Of a stretch of DNA of 64,000 nucleotides, positions 29,913 to 39,033 are shown one piece after another. The stretch is from Candidatus Pacebacteria bacterium CG2_30_36_39 (GTDB lineage Bacteria; Patescibacteriota; Microgenomatia; UBA1400; PJMF01), in NCBI GenBank assembly GCA_001873435.1, contig MNZB01000002.1, positions 65,620 to 129,619 on the forward strand, given 5' to 3'. The translations under genes were made by a program, and so were the position numbers. Position 1 is the stretch's first letter, and every line of letters starts with the position of its first letter. Below the pieces are notes generated by a model. The model was not told the origin of the DNA. It saw only the letters and a program-made list of their open reading frames with translations, and did not search any database.

Positions 29913-30401
29913 TTACCTGCCTGCATTAGCTGCAGCTATTTCTATCCAGTTTCCCATGTTATTGTATCCATCATCATTTACCCAATCATAAGTTTTGTAT
30001 AGTTCTGCAAAATATATCTTTTTGCCATCTCTAGTTATATACCAGTCTGAAAAAGGATTTCTTCCTTTACTAGTAGTGTTTCCTTCTCGATCTTTTTTAT
30101 TATGTATGTAGATTCCGAGTAAACCATTTTTTTTGCCATGACTGCTTTTTATCTCATAATCAATCCACTTTCTCCCTGATGTATTTTCTCCAATTAATAC
30201 TACAGTTACTGAGGTGCCAGATAATTGGCCATCAATCCATTTCTTTATATCAGCATCATCTTTCTTTTTAACCTCTTCCCATTCAGCTGAATCAAAAAAG
30301 CCGGCAGCTTTCCTATCTTGAGTAACCCAGCTATTTCTTACTTGTGAAGCTCTCCAGTTATCCTGCTTGTAATGAAAGCTGAAAAATGTTTTTCTTGTCA
30401 T
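29913..30401 (-). CDS. TIR-like domain protein (DUF1863 / Thoeris ThsB-like)
   Basis: 162 aa. N-terminal FFSFHYKQD...VRNSWVT, central TSVTVVLIGENTSGRKWIDYEI, C-terminal YKTYDWVNDDGY. This pattern closely resembles MTH538/ThsB-type TIR proteins. Confidence 0.68.
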   Translation of the reverse strand: MTRKTFFSFHYKQDNWRASQVRNSWVTQDRKAAGFFDSAEWEEVKKKDDADIKKWIDGQLSGTSVTVVLIGENTSGRKWIDYEIKSSHGKKNGLLGIYIHNKKDREGNTTSKGRNPFSDWYITRDGKKIYFAELYKTYDWVNDDGYNNMGNWIEIAAANAGR

Positions 30402-30405
30402 CTGC

Positions 30406-30882
30406 TTACTCCTTAATTATATCAATAATATTGTTTGAATTTTGCTCGTCACAATCTATATAAAACTGAATTTTCGTGGTATTAATTTTGAGAGTCAGTG
30501 TCACAAATAACATCATTATTAGCAATGATCCATAAAAAGGAGTGAGAGTTTTTGAAAATATCGAGCGAATCCATGTATTTTTTCCTTTTTTATGTTTTCT
30601 GTAGTCCATTGAAAAATCAATATCTTTATCCTTCTGTTTTCTAACAAAGTTGTATAAATCACGATAACATCGTTCAATTGAAAGGAAAAACCCATCTAGT
30701 AGCCAAAAAACTAAAATTAAGAAAAAAGAAAACAATATGTAAATACCCTCTTCATTATTAGAAGCAACTGTCAATAATCCTATTATGAGAGTGATAGTCC
30801 AACCTTTTAAAATAAACAAGTTACCACTCATTCGTGTAATGATGGTTTGGATCATTTTGAGATGTTCAACTTTTTTATCCAT
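30406..30882 (-). CDS. small 3-TM membrane protein translationally coupled to the TIR gene (candidate membrane effector)
   Basis: 158 aa. Hydrophobic helices at ~27-40, 47-62 and 115-130. Its last codons contain the GGAG for the TIR gene (AAGGAGTAAgcagATG). Confidence 0.5.
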   Translation of the reverse strand: MDKKVEHLKMIQTIITRMSGNLFILKGWTITLIIGLLTVASNNEEGIYILFSFFLILVFWLLDGFFLSIERCYRDLYNFVRKQKDKDIDFSMDYRKHKKGKNTWIRSIFSKTLTPFYGSLLIMMLFVTLTLKINTTKIQFYIDCDEQNSNNIIDIIKE

Positions 30883-30911
30883 ATGCTTATTATATCAACT
30901 AATTTTTCCTT

Positions 30912-31514
30912 TTATTTTCCAAGAAATGTCCTTGGATTCACTGGTATCCCATATACTCTGGCTTCAAGGTGTAGATGTGGCCCTGTTGACCAGCCAGTAG
31001 AGCCCATCTTGCCGATTTCATCCTCGACCTTTACCTCTTGCCCTTCAAAGACATAGATCTTATCTAAATGGCCATAAAGTGAGGTGATTTTATCCCCGTG
31101 GTCAATGATGATGTGCTTGCCATATCCCCAGAAGATCTCACCAGCATAGACTACCTTGCCCTGCATCAAAGGAGAGATGGGAGTCCCTAAGTTGTTGGCA
31201 ATATCAATTCCAGTATGAAAAACTTGATAACCACTTGATTGAGCAAATTCTAATGTAATGACCCCTAGTACTGGCCAGGCAATCGTGTGATCTACCTCGC
31301 TCACTACTTCTCCTGTGGTGGGGTCTAGGATCTGGATATTCTTAGTTTCACTATCTACTCCCACGAGTGCATCTGACACAACATTAATACCGGTGTGAGC
31401 CAGGATAAACACAGCAATCACTGGCAACATGATGACTACGAGAAAGGCGATTAAAACGAATTTAAACTCTTTCCTAAAAGAAAATATTGCTGCTACTTGG
31501 GCATAGATGTTCAT
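30912..31514 (-). CDS. M23 family metallopeptidase (LytM-like cell-wall hydrolase), membrane anchored
   Basis: HTGIDIA (HxxxD) and GSTGWSTGPHLHLE (HxH) motifs. N-terminal TM helix. Position distal in the T4SS operon. Confidence 0.85.
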   Translation of the reverse strand: MNIYAQVAAIFSFRKEFKFVLIAFLVVIMLPVIAVFILAHTGINVVSDALVGVDSETKNIQILDPTTGEVVSEVDHTIAWPVLGVITLEFAQSSGYQVFHTGIDIANNLGTPISPLMQGKVVYAGEIFWGYGKHIIIDHGDKITSLYGHLDKIYVFEGQEVKVEDEIGKMGSTGWSTGPHLHLEARVYGIPVNPRTFLGK

Positions 31515-31516
31515 GG

Positions 31517-33328
31517 CTATTGGTAGATCTCTCTTGGATCAGTGGTCAAGAGAGGGTGCTCTTTTTCACTCGCTACCACCTTAAGTGCTACATGATTTTG
31601 ATCAGCAATAATTAAGCCTTCACCTTTGTCGCAAGTCAGTAAGTAGCGTTGTTCGTACTCACTCAAGTTAAACTCTTGAGCCACCTTTTTGATCGTGGTG
31701 GTGTCTTGTCTCATTAGGATACGAAGTGATGATTGTGAAGCAATTGCTCGACCATATTCTTGATTAAGAAAGTCATTTGCTTGTTGTGAGATGAGAGTGA
31801 CTCCTAGATAGTGCTTACGGGCTCGCCTAGTTAGTCCTGCTAGAAACCTAGCACTCTCTTCATGTTGGAGGAGAATCCAAGCCTCATCAATCACTAGAAT
31901 ACGCTTCTGTGGGTCAGCCTTGACTTGTGAATGAACAAAGTTAGCAGTCGCTAGAATCATAATCTGGCGGAGTGACTCGTCCAGATCCTTGATATCAAAT
32001 ACCACTAGTCGGTTATCCAGGTTCACATTAGTCTGTCCGTCAAATACCGTTGAGAGTGAGCCAGAGACAAATCTCTCCAATCTGTCACACAAGTCTTTTT
32101 GCTTCATCTTCTTGAGAGTTTTGTAGAGATCTTTTAGGAGTGGGAACTTTTGTTTGTCTTTGAACCTCTTCATTCGCATCGAGAAGCCAAAGTTTTTGTA
32201 AGTAGCAATCAGTGCTTTATCAATCACCGCTCGCTCCTCAGAGTTAAGCGATCCAACTAGTAAGGAGACTATCTCGGTTAGATCTTGGATGTGTTCGGCT
32301 AGATTATTATTGCCGTTATATGACTTGAGAGAGAAATCAAAAGGATTAATCTTTTCCTTGCTTGTTGAAGAGAGTCTAATGTATGTTCCCTTAACTGATT
32401 TAGTCAGTTGTTTGTACTCCCGCTCTGGGTCAATCACGATGACTCGGGTGCCTTGCATCAGTTGTCTTAAGATCTCGACTTTGGCGGTGTAGCTTTTACC
32501 ACTCCCAGATTGGGCAAATATTATGGCGTTAGCATTATTGAGTGAAAACCTATCCACGATTACCAAAGAGTTATTGGATTTGTTAATTCCGTACAATATC
32601 CCAGACTCTTGCACTAACTCAGACGAGACAAAGGGGAAAGTTAGCGCCGCACTAGAGCTATCTAGGTTGCGATTCTGTCCTAGTTTGTTCTCTCCTCGGG
32701 GTAGGGCGGTTTGCAGGCCCTCAAGTTGTTGGAAGGTGGCAGTCTTGATGTAAAAGAGTCTAGTAGACATGACTGTTTCTAGGATTGTGGTGATCTTGTT
32801 AAGATCGCACACGCTCTCAGCCGTGATCGTCATGTAAATACTGATCTGAAAGAGCTTTTCTTGCCCACGCTGGATCTTATCCTTAAGTTCAATTGCCGAC
32901 TCCAGTGGATCAGTAATCTCAGAACCAATTACCTTACCTTGTTTGAGCATAGTACGTTTGGTGGATTCAAGCTCAGTGATCTTTCGATTAAGTTTGGGCA
33001 GAGCTAGAAGTGGATTAATCTGCTCAATGTGATGTGAGATATCAATGTTGTGGTTAAAGTTAATGAGCATATTTAGCCAGCCCACGCTTGCAACATATGG
33101 ATAGCCGGAGATGAATAATGTGCGCACAAACTTATCACCCATTTGTAAGTAAGTAGATTCCTCCGCCAGTCCTGAATATGAGATGAGGTCAAGCTGATCT
33201 TGCCCGCCAAAATTAAACTGGACGGCCTTTTTCTCAAGTAGCTTTTGGACTTTTCTCTTTTTACTCCGCCTGACTCGCTTAGCATGTTCTTTTTTGATAG
33301 CATTTATTTTATTTTTAAAGTTAAACAT
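31517..33328 (-). CDS. type IV secretion ATPase VirB4/TrsE family, C-terminal ATPase part
   Basis: Walker A FAQSGSGKSYTAK, Walker B LVIDEAW. 603 aa. Confidence 0.85.
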   Translation of the reverse strand: MFNFKNKINAIKKEHAKRVRRSKKRKVQKLLEKKAVQFNFGGQDQLDLISYSGLAEESTYLQMGDKFVRTLFISGYPYVASVGWLNMLINFNHNIDISHHIEQINPLLALPKLNRKITELESTKRTMLKQGKVIGSEITDPLESAIELKDKIQRGQEKLFQISIYMTITAESVCDLNKITTILETVMSTRLFYIKTATFQQLEGLQTALPRGENKLGQNRNLDSSSAALTFPFVSSELVQESGILYGINKSNNSLVIVDRFSLNNANAIIFAQSGSGKSYTAKVEILRQLMQGTRVIVIDPEREYKQLTKSVKGTYIRLSSTSKEKINPFDFSLKSYNGNNNLAEHIQDLTEIVSLLVGSLNSEERAVIDKALIATYKNFGFSMRMKRFKDKQKFPLLKDLYKTLKKMKQKDLCDRLERFVSGSLSTVFDGQTNVNLDNRLVVFDIKDLDESLRQIMILATANFVHSQVKADPQKRILVIDEAWILLQHEESARFLAGLTRRARKHYLGVTLISQQANDFLNQEYGRAIASQSSLRILMRQDTTTIKKVAQEFNLSEYEQRYLLTCDKGEGLIIADQNHVALKVVASEKEHPLLTTDPREIYQ

Positions 33329-33941
33329 AGTTATTCCTTAATAAGGCTTCAATGGTTTCGCTTTTTAATTCTTGGGTCTTAATTTGAGAAGGGTTATAGA
33401 AGCTATAGAACAAATCTAGTATTTCCAAGCTATCTAGTGCCTTGGTTTTGATCCCCATCTTCTCTAGAGACTTCATAATTAGATCGCGGGTGATATGGAG
33501 CTGTTCTTTGACTAGTTCAAAATCACGCTTTTTGCCCTCATGTCGATATGGCACCACGATATAGAAGTGGCGAGAGAGAATTTTATTGCCAGACACCAGA
33601 TTCTTGATAAATTGGCAGTAGTTAGTGATCTGATTTTTGTAGACTGTTTGCTTTTCCATATCTTTTGATCTCATCATCTGCTCTAAGTATTGATCAATAT
33701 CAACTTCTCGAACTCTCACCAAAATTTGGAGGTTGCAAGGCAGTGAATTAAGAAAGTTTTGATAACTATCAATAATCACGTCCTGCTCTTCTTCGCTCTT
33801 GAGTTCAAAATTAATAGAGGAGGTCTTGATCACCAGCCGATACTCATGGTTGGGTAGTATCAGGATTCCATTTCTCACCTCTTTGATCTCAATTTGTTTC
33901 CTGGAGTTAGTCTTACTTTTTGATTTGTTCAAAAGCCACAT
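33321..33941 (-). CDS. VirB4-family N-terminal domain encoded as a separate ORF (split or frameshifted VirB4)
   Basis: 206-aa ORF overlapping the downstream ATPase ORF by 8 nt in a different frame. Combined length ~809 aa fits full-length Gram-positive VirB4 homologues. Confidence 0.5.
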   Translation of the reverse strand: MWLLNKSKSKTNSRKQIEIKEVRNGILILPNHEYRLVIKTSSINFELKSEEEQDVIIDSYQNFLNSLPCNLQILVRVREVDIDQYLEQMMRSKDMEKQTVYKNQITNYCQFIKNLVSGNKILSRHFYIVVPYRHEGKKRDFELVKEQLHITRDLIMKSLEKMGIKTKALDSLEILDLFYSFYNPSQIKTQELKSETIEALLRNNYV

Positions 33942-34431
33942 TCAAACCTCCTTTCCTACTTACCTTGTAGCGAAAATCCATGTCTTTACTACCAATCAGA
34001 CTCTCCCAACTAACCAGATTCTTGACTTGATAAGCTTGAGGAGAGATCTTTTTCTTAACTTTAAGTTTGACCTGTTTTTGTTTGAGTACTTGCTCTTGTT
34101 CAAAGCTAGGCAAATACATGGTTCTTAAGTGAGTCTCGTTTTTGTTGTAGACATAATATTTTGCTCGCAGGTTGTAGCGAAGTAAGATTGCTAGCCAATC
34201 TACAACCACTTTGCCTTTAATTCTCAGAGATAGTAGCAGGCAGGTCACAAATACTACTGCCGAGACGATGAGTTTGTAGACTACAAAACTCATGGTAGGT
34301 GGGAGAATTGAGTAGATTAGAGTGGTAAAAAACACTGGTGCCATTAGAATCAGCATCTGCAAGAGGTTTAGACTTCCCACGATCTTGTCTTCTACAGTTG
34401 TAATTTGAGCTGGGATTACTCTAGTTCTCAT
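33913..34431 (-). CDS. small 2-TM membrane protein, VirB3-like position
   Basis: 172 aa. Two adjacent TM helices near the N-terminus. Immediately upstream of VirB4. Confidence 0.35.
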   Translation of the reverse strand: MRTRVIPAQITTVEDKIVGSLNLLQMLILMAPVFFTTLIYSILPPTMSFVVYKLIVSAVVFVTCLLLSLRIKGKVVVDWLAILLRYNLRAKYYVYNKNETHLRTMYLPSFEQEQVLKQKQVKLKVKKKISPQAYQVKNLVSWESLIGSKDMDFRYKVSRKGGLNVAFEQIKK

Positions 34432-35720
34432 CCGTCAATGACCTTTCTAGGTAGTTTTACTTTGCTAGCGGCTGCTCTAGTTGTTGAAGCTGAGTTGTCC
34501 GCGCTAATTACATTAACCACTTGATTGCTCATTTTCTTAAGAGCCGAGCTCTTGGCGGTGTAAAAAACCATTTGCATCATCAGTGATGGGGTTTTAAGGA
34601 GCGTAAAAAACAAACCAATTGCTACAGCTACTGAGATCAGTGAGTTCTCAGTGTGATCAGGTAGAGCCAGGAATGCTCCTGCAAGTTGTATTATCACTAC
34701 ATGGACAAACACCATAAAAACATTCACAAAGTAGGTTTTAACTGCGATAGTGGCAAAATCAGAGAATCTGGGTAATGCCCACATCATAAAGACAAATGGA
34801 GCGAGGACTGCACCCAGGGCAATCATGATTAGTCGGCTGATATATATGAGAAGCAAAACTATCGAGACTATCAGAAATAGCACTAGGAAGATGAGAATAA
34901 TTAGTGGAGCGGTACCAGTAATCAGAGTAGTAGGGTTAATTGCATCCACTACCCAGGCGTGGTTGAGTCCACCAGTTGAGTCAAGTATGGCTTGTACTAG
35001 GGCGTTGCTAGTTATGATGAGATAGTTTGCTAAAAATAACGAGACATTAGCTCCCAGGAAAGCTAAGCCAATTCTAGGTAATAGTTGCCCAAGTTCCATT
35101 TCCTCAAAGCCAAAGGTGCTGGCGCTCATAAACTGGAGGCCTAGTAGTGCCACCACTACGACAAACAAGGCGTCTACTATCCCCACACTCACTAACCAAT
35201 ACTCACGAATCACAGAGTTATCAAGTAAGTTTGGAGTAGTAGTCAGATATCCTAAGACTCCATTGACGATTGGCTCAGTCGAGCTCTCCACAATGTTTTG
35301 GATAAAGCCTGAAACCGCGTCGATCAGGACTTGAGTAAGGCCGTCACTTGGCTCCACAGTCTCGATTGCCACCATATCGATATTACTGCCTCCGCTAGTG
35401 TTACTTGGCGCATTCAGTGAGCTATTAAAGATCGAGACCAAAACATTGGCAGACAATACCATTACCAGGCCAATCACAGTATTTTTGATGGTGCGCTTAG
35501 CTGATTCCAAGGCTTGCGGTTTGCCAGTGGAGGTAATGTAGGTGTAGCCACCTTTGATTAAAAAAAAGACCGCGGCTGCGGTCGAGATTATAGTTAACAT
35601 TTCCAATGTGCTATTGGTATAGTCGATTATTCCTGGGCTAGCAGACTGAGCGAAAACGGGACGAGTGAAAATAGATAAGAGTGTGAGAGTTGTAAAAATG
35701 TAGTTAACTAATTTCTTCAT
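34428..35720 (-). CDS. VirB6/TrbL-like polytopic membrane protein with N-terminal pilin-like module
   Basis: 430 aa. Signal peptide. N-terminal segment IKGGYTYITSTGKPQALESAKRTIKNTVIGLVMVL is paralogous to the upstream 129-aa pilin-like ORF, followed by >=6 TM helices. Confidence 0.55.
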   Translation of the reverse strand: MKKLVNYIFTTLTLLSIFTRPVFAQSASPGIIDYTNSTLEMLTIISTAAAVFFLIKGGYTYITSTGKPQALESAKRTIKNTVIGLVMVLSANVLVSIFNSSLNAPSNTSGGSNIDMVAIETVEPSDGLTQVLIDAVSGFIQNIVESSTEPIVNGVLGYLTTTPNLLDNSVIREYWLVSVGIVDALFVVVVALLGLQFMSASTFGFEEMELGQLLPRIGLAFLGANVSLFLANYLIITSNALVQAILDSTGGLNHAWVVDAINPTTLITGTAPLIILIFLVLFLIVSIVLLLIYISRLIMIALGAVLAPFVFMMWALPRFSDFATIAVKTYFVNVFMVFVHVVIIQLAGAFLALPDHTENSLISVAVAIGLFFTLLKTPSLMMQMVFYTAKSSALKKMSNQVVNVISADNSASTTRAAASKVKLPRKVIDG

Positions 35721-35755
35721 TTAGTACTTTTGTTTACGGGCAGGAAGTAATGATC

Positions 35756-36145
35756 TTACTGACCAGAGCCAAAGGCAGTGCCAGCCAAGTCACCAATTAC
35801 ATTGGAGAGAACAAATGCCCCCAAGACTAGAGTAAGGCCGATAGCAGAGTACAAAATTGTTTTCTTGGATTTTTCTAGGGCTTCTGGGTTGCCAGAACTG
35901 GTGATATATCCCACTCCACCCCAGACGATAAATCCTGCAGCAACAAGACCAGAAAGGGTGACTAATACTTGGATCACACTTTGAATGAAGGTTTGGATCT
36001 TGCCCACGTCATTTGCTTGAGCCATTACGGGAGCGGCTGTCATCAACCATGTCATCACAACTGCTGGGATGATAATTTTTTTCTTCATACATACCCCTTT
36101 CTTGATCAGCGGGCAGTACTGAAAAATTGTTAATAAAAAAGCCAC
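35756..36145 (-). CDS. VirB2/TrbC-like conjugative pilin candidate
   Basis: Signal peptide MKKKIIIPAVVMTWLMTAAPVMAQA (likely true start at the internal Met). Two hydrophobic segments separated by GYITSSGNPEALEKSKKT. Confidence 0.5.
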   Translation of the reverse strand: MAFLLTIFQYCPLIKKGVCMKKKIIIPAVVMTWLMTAAPVMAQANDVGKIQTFIQSVIQVLVTLSGLVAAGFIVWGGVGYITSSGNPEALEKSKKTILYSAIGLTLVLGAFVLSNVIGDLAGTAFGSGQ

Positions 36146-36278
36146 CTCATCGTTGGGCAGCTATTTACCTGTTCAATTACTTTAATTAATTGAATCTGGA
36201 TCAAATTATATCAAGGGACTTGAGAAAGTCAAATTTTAGTATGTTGGCGCCTTAACTTTAGGTAGCATTCAGAATTCA

Positions 36279-38249
36279 CTACTCATATCTTAGAGCATTA
36301 AGTGCCGAGATCTTGGTAGCTCGTTTAGCTGGGAAGTAACCAGTGGCAATACCCACTAGCATTGATAGAAATAACACTGCGATCACGAAAATTGGTGGAA
36401 CGTAAGAAATATCTACAAACCCGACTCCCTTTACAATCGATAAGGCGGATAAGACGACGCTGAGTACCTTACCCACCAAAAGCCCCAAAACTAGTCCTAA
36501 AATCCCACCGTACAACCCCATTATCATGGATTCTGTGAGAAACAATGACTTAACTTCATCAGATTTCATGCCCATCGCTTTCATTAAGCCCACTTCACGT
36601 GTTCTCTCAAGTAGTGAGACAGTTAGAGTGTTAAACATCCCCAGTGCCGCTACCGATAAAGCCACCATTCCTAGAATAGAAAGTATTAATCTAAAATTAG
36701 CAAATAAGCTGTCAATTTGAGCTACTGTATCGGCAACGGATACAGTACCATAGCCTGCCGATTCGATTGTGCTTCTAACTTTGATCAAGTTGCTTTTGTC
36801 ATCCACAATCACTTTGGTTTGAGAAAACTTGTTAACTCCCATGGATCTAACGTCAATAAATGGCACGTAGATAATTGGCGTACCCTCATCTGCTATCACT
36901 CCCACAATGGTGTACTTAAGTGGGGCTGACTCAACTCGTTTACTTGGATCATCCAGGAGTTCTCCTACCACAACCATGGCTAGGTCTAGCTCACGACCAA
37001 TTGCCTCATTCTCCGAGATGTTAAGTAGTTGCAAGACTGATCGGTTAACTACTATTTGCTTTTTTGCCTCACTATTTATATCTACTTTTTCGATGTCTTG
37101 CTCATTTGCACTAGCTGATTCACTGGCAATCTCTACGACCGGCAAGCTCCCGTCAGTCTCATCAGTACTTACTCCCAACACTTGGCTCACAATTTCCCTG
37201 GGAGTAGCGGTCATGGATATTTCTGCTACAAACCCCTCTGCTTGAGTCTGAGTGTTGTCTTCCTCTCTTACAACCATGTACTCACCATCCTCGCAGTCGC
37301 CACTTTCTTCTATGTTGCAGGGAGTCTTATCCCACAGCAAATATGTTGACTTGACCCACTTGCCTAGTGGGACACCGCCCGCAGTTTCTCCAGCTTGACC
37401 TGCCTCACCATTGGACTCAAAATTCTCTCCCCAAACTTCAACTCCATCAGTATTACCTTCAATTCGCTTGGTATAGCCAATAATTGGGGAATCTGTACTT
37501 GGCTCTTCTCTCACCTTGAGAAACACTCCTTGTGTAATCGAGATTTCAACATCTCCAATTTCCTCACCCACCTCACGCGTCACAGAAGAAACACCCAAAA
37601 CCGGTGGCATATTAGTAGTATCAAAGGCGGTAGTATTGCTCTCAAATAAGTTGCCCTTAACAGGTTGTAAGGCAGAATACTTGAGGTAATCAGCGGTAGC
37701 ACCATAGACGGCAATATCGGAGACAGAGTTTTGATAAGACACTCTCCCTACAACTGCAATCAGGGGTAGGACGTCGGTAACATTGGTAATTTGTTTAAAC
37801 TTGGCAAGAGTGGCATCAGTCAAACTCAAGTCTGCTGACAGTCCAGGTACTACCTCGGCCTGCTTGAGCTCATCTAGTCTTGCCACACGTGAGATTACTA
37901 GCTGTTGCAAGCCATACCCAATCGACACTAAAAACACGATGAATGATATTCCAATTGCCATTCCTCCAATGGTAACAATTGTGCGAGTTTTCTTGGCCGC
38001 CATGTTTTTAAATGAAATCTCAATCAAGTACAAGCGAGAAACACCGCTCTTATCAGCCTTATCAAGCGACTTTACCCAGCTGTCAAATTTCTCTGAGACA
38101 GATCTTAACACGCGATTTTTTTGACCAAGCCTGTTTAGCAGTAAGGTAAACGAATACAAAATAGTCAATATAACAAAACTACTGATCTCATAAGTAGATC
38201 GCCAGAGGGTTTTTAGAATTGGTTTTTTGTTTCTTTTAAGTGTTTTCAT
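36279..38249 (-). CDS. ABC transporter permease, FtsX/MacB family with large extracytoplasmic domain
   Basis: 656 aa. N-terminal TM, ~400-aa periplasmic domain, C-terminal FtsX-type 3-TM bundle (LERTREVGLMKAMGMKSDEV). Confidence 0.75.
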   Translation of the reverse strand: MKTLKRNKKPILKTLWRSTYEISSFVILTILYSFTLLLNRLGQKNRVLRSVSEKFDSWVKSLDKADKSGVSRLYLIEISFKNMAAKKTRTIVTIGGMAIGISFIVFLVSIGYGLQQLVISRVARLDELKQAEVVPGLSADLSLTDATLAKFKQITNVTDVLPLIAVVGRVSYQNSVSDIAVYGATADYLKYSALQPVKGNLFESNTTAFDTTNMPPVLGVSSVTREVGEEIGDVEISITQGVFLKVREEPSTDSPIIGYTKRIEGNTDGVEVWGENFESNGEAGQAGETAGGVPLGKWVKSTYLLWDKTPCNIEESGDCEDGEYMVVREEDNTQTQAEGFVAEISMTATPREIVSQVLGVSTDETDGSLPVVEIASESASANEQDIEKVDINSEAKKQIVVNRSVLQLLNISENEAIGRELDLAMVVVGELLDDPSKRVESAPLKYTIVGVIADEGTPIIYVPFIDVRSMGVNKFSQTKVIVDDKSNLIKVRSTIESAGYGTVSVADTVAQIDSLFANFRLILSILGMVALSVAALGMFNTLTVSLLERTREVGLMKAMGMKSDEVKSLFLTESMIMGLYGGILGLVLGLLVGKVLSVVLSALSIVKGVGFVDISYVPPIFVIAVLFLSMLVGIATGYFPAKRATKISALNALRYE

Positions 38250-39031
38250 GATTTTTCTGTCTCGCTATTGGTAGGATTGATTGAGGACATAAGTTTTTTA
38301 AACCCACCGATTTTCCCTGCTAACTCATGACTCTTTGCTTGTCCCACAATTTTACCGTCAAACATAATTAGAGAGCGAGAGGCAAATGTCATGTACTCCA
38401 AGTCATGCGTAACCATGATAATAGTTCTACCCTCGTGATTGAGTCTCTGGAGTAACTCCATTAGCTCTTGGCCGGATTTGAAGTCTAGGTTGCCGGTTGG
38501 TTCATCAGCAATGATAATCTTGGGGCTAGTGACTACCGCGCGAGCCAAGGCTATTTTTTGTTGTTGACCACTTGATAGCTCGGTAGGGATGTAGTCCTGC
38601 CAGTTATCCATGCCTACCATTTTTAACACCTCAGACGCTTTCTTTTTGGCCTCATCATGGAGCTCACCATTGATTCGCAGGGCAAACATAATGTTTTCCA
38701 ACACAGTCAGAGCTTTGATCCAGTTGGGTTGCTGGTAAACCATCCCGACATCGTTTTTGCGAATCTCGGTTCGCTCATCCTCATTTAACCCTTGATAGAG
38801 TTGCTGTCCCAAAAACTCCACACTGCCAGTGGTTGGAGGCTCTAGTCCGAGTAAGATATGCAGTAGGGTTGACTTGCCACAACCTGATGGGCCCGTGATA
38901 ATGATAAACTCTCCGCTTGCGACTTGCAGATTGATCTCTTTGAGTACTGGTACTTTGGTAGATCTAACCTCGAAGGTCTTATTCAGATCTTTGACTGTGA
39001 TGACAGTTTGGGAGGAGTTTGCTTGATTCAT
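38246..39031 (-). CDS. ABC transporter ATP-binding protein (MacB/LolD-like)
   Basis: Walker A GPSGCGKST, signature LSGGQQQKIALARA, Walker B IIIADEPTGNLD. Start overlaps the target-gene stop. Confidence 0.9.
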   Translation of the reverse strand: MNQANSSQTVITVKDLNKTFEVRSTKVPVLKEINLQVASGEFIIITGPSGCGKSTLLHILLGLEPPTTGSVEFLGQQLYQGLNEDERTEIRKNDVGMVYQQPNWIKALTVLENIMFALRINGELHDEAKKKASEVLKMVGMDNWQDYIPTELSSGQQQKIALARAVVTSPKIIIADEPTGNLDFKSGQELMELLQRLNHEGRTIIMVTHDLEYMTFASRSLIMFDGKIVGQAKSHELAGKIGGFKKLMSSINPTNSETEKS

Positions 39032-39033
39032 AG

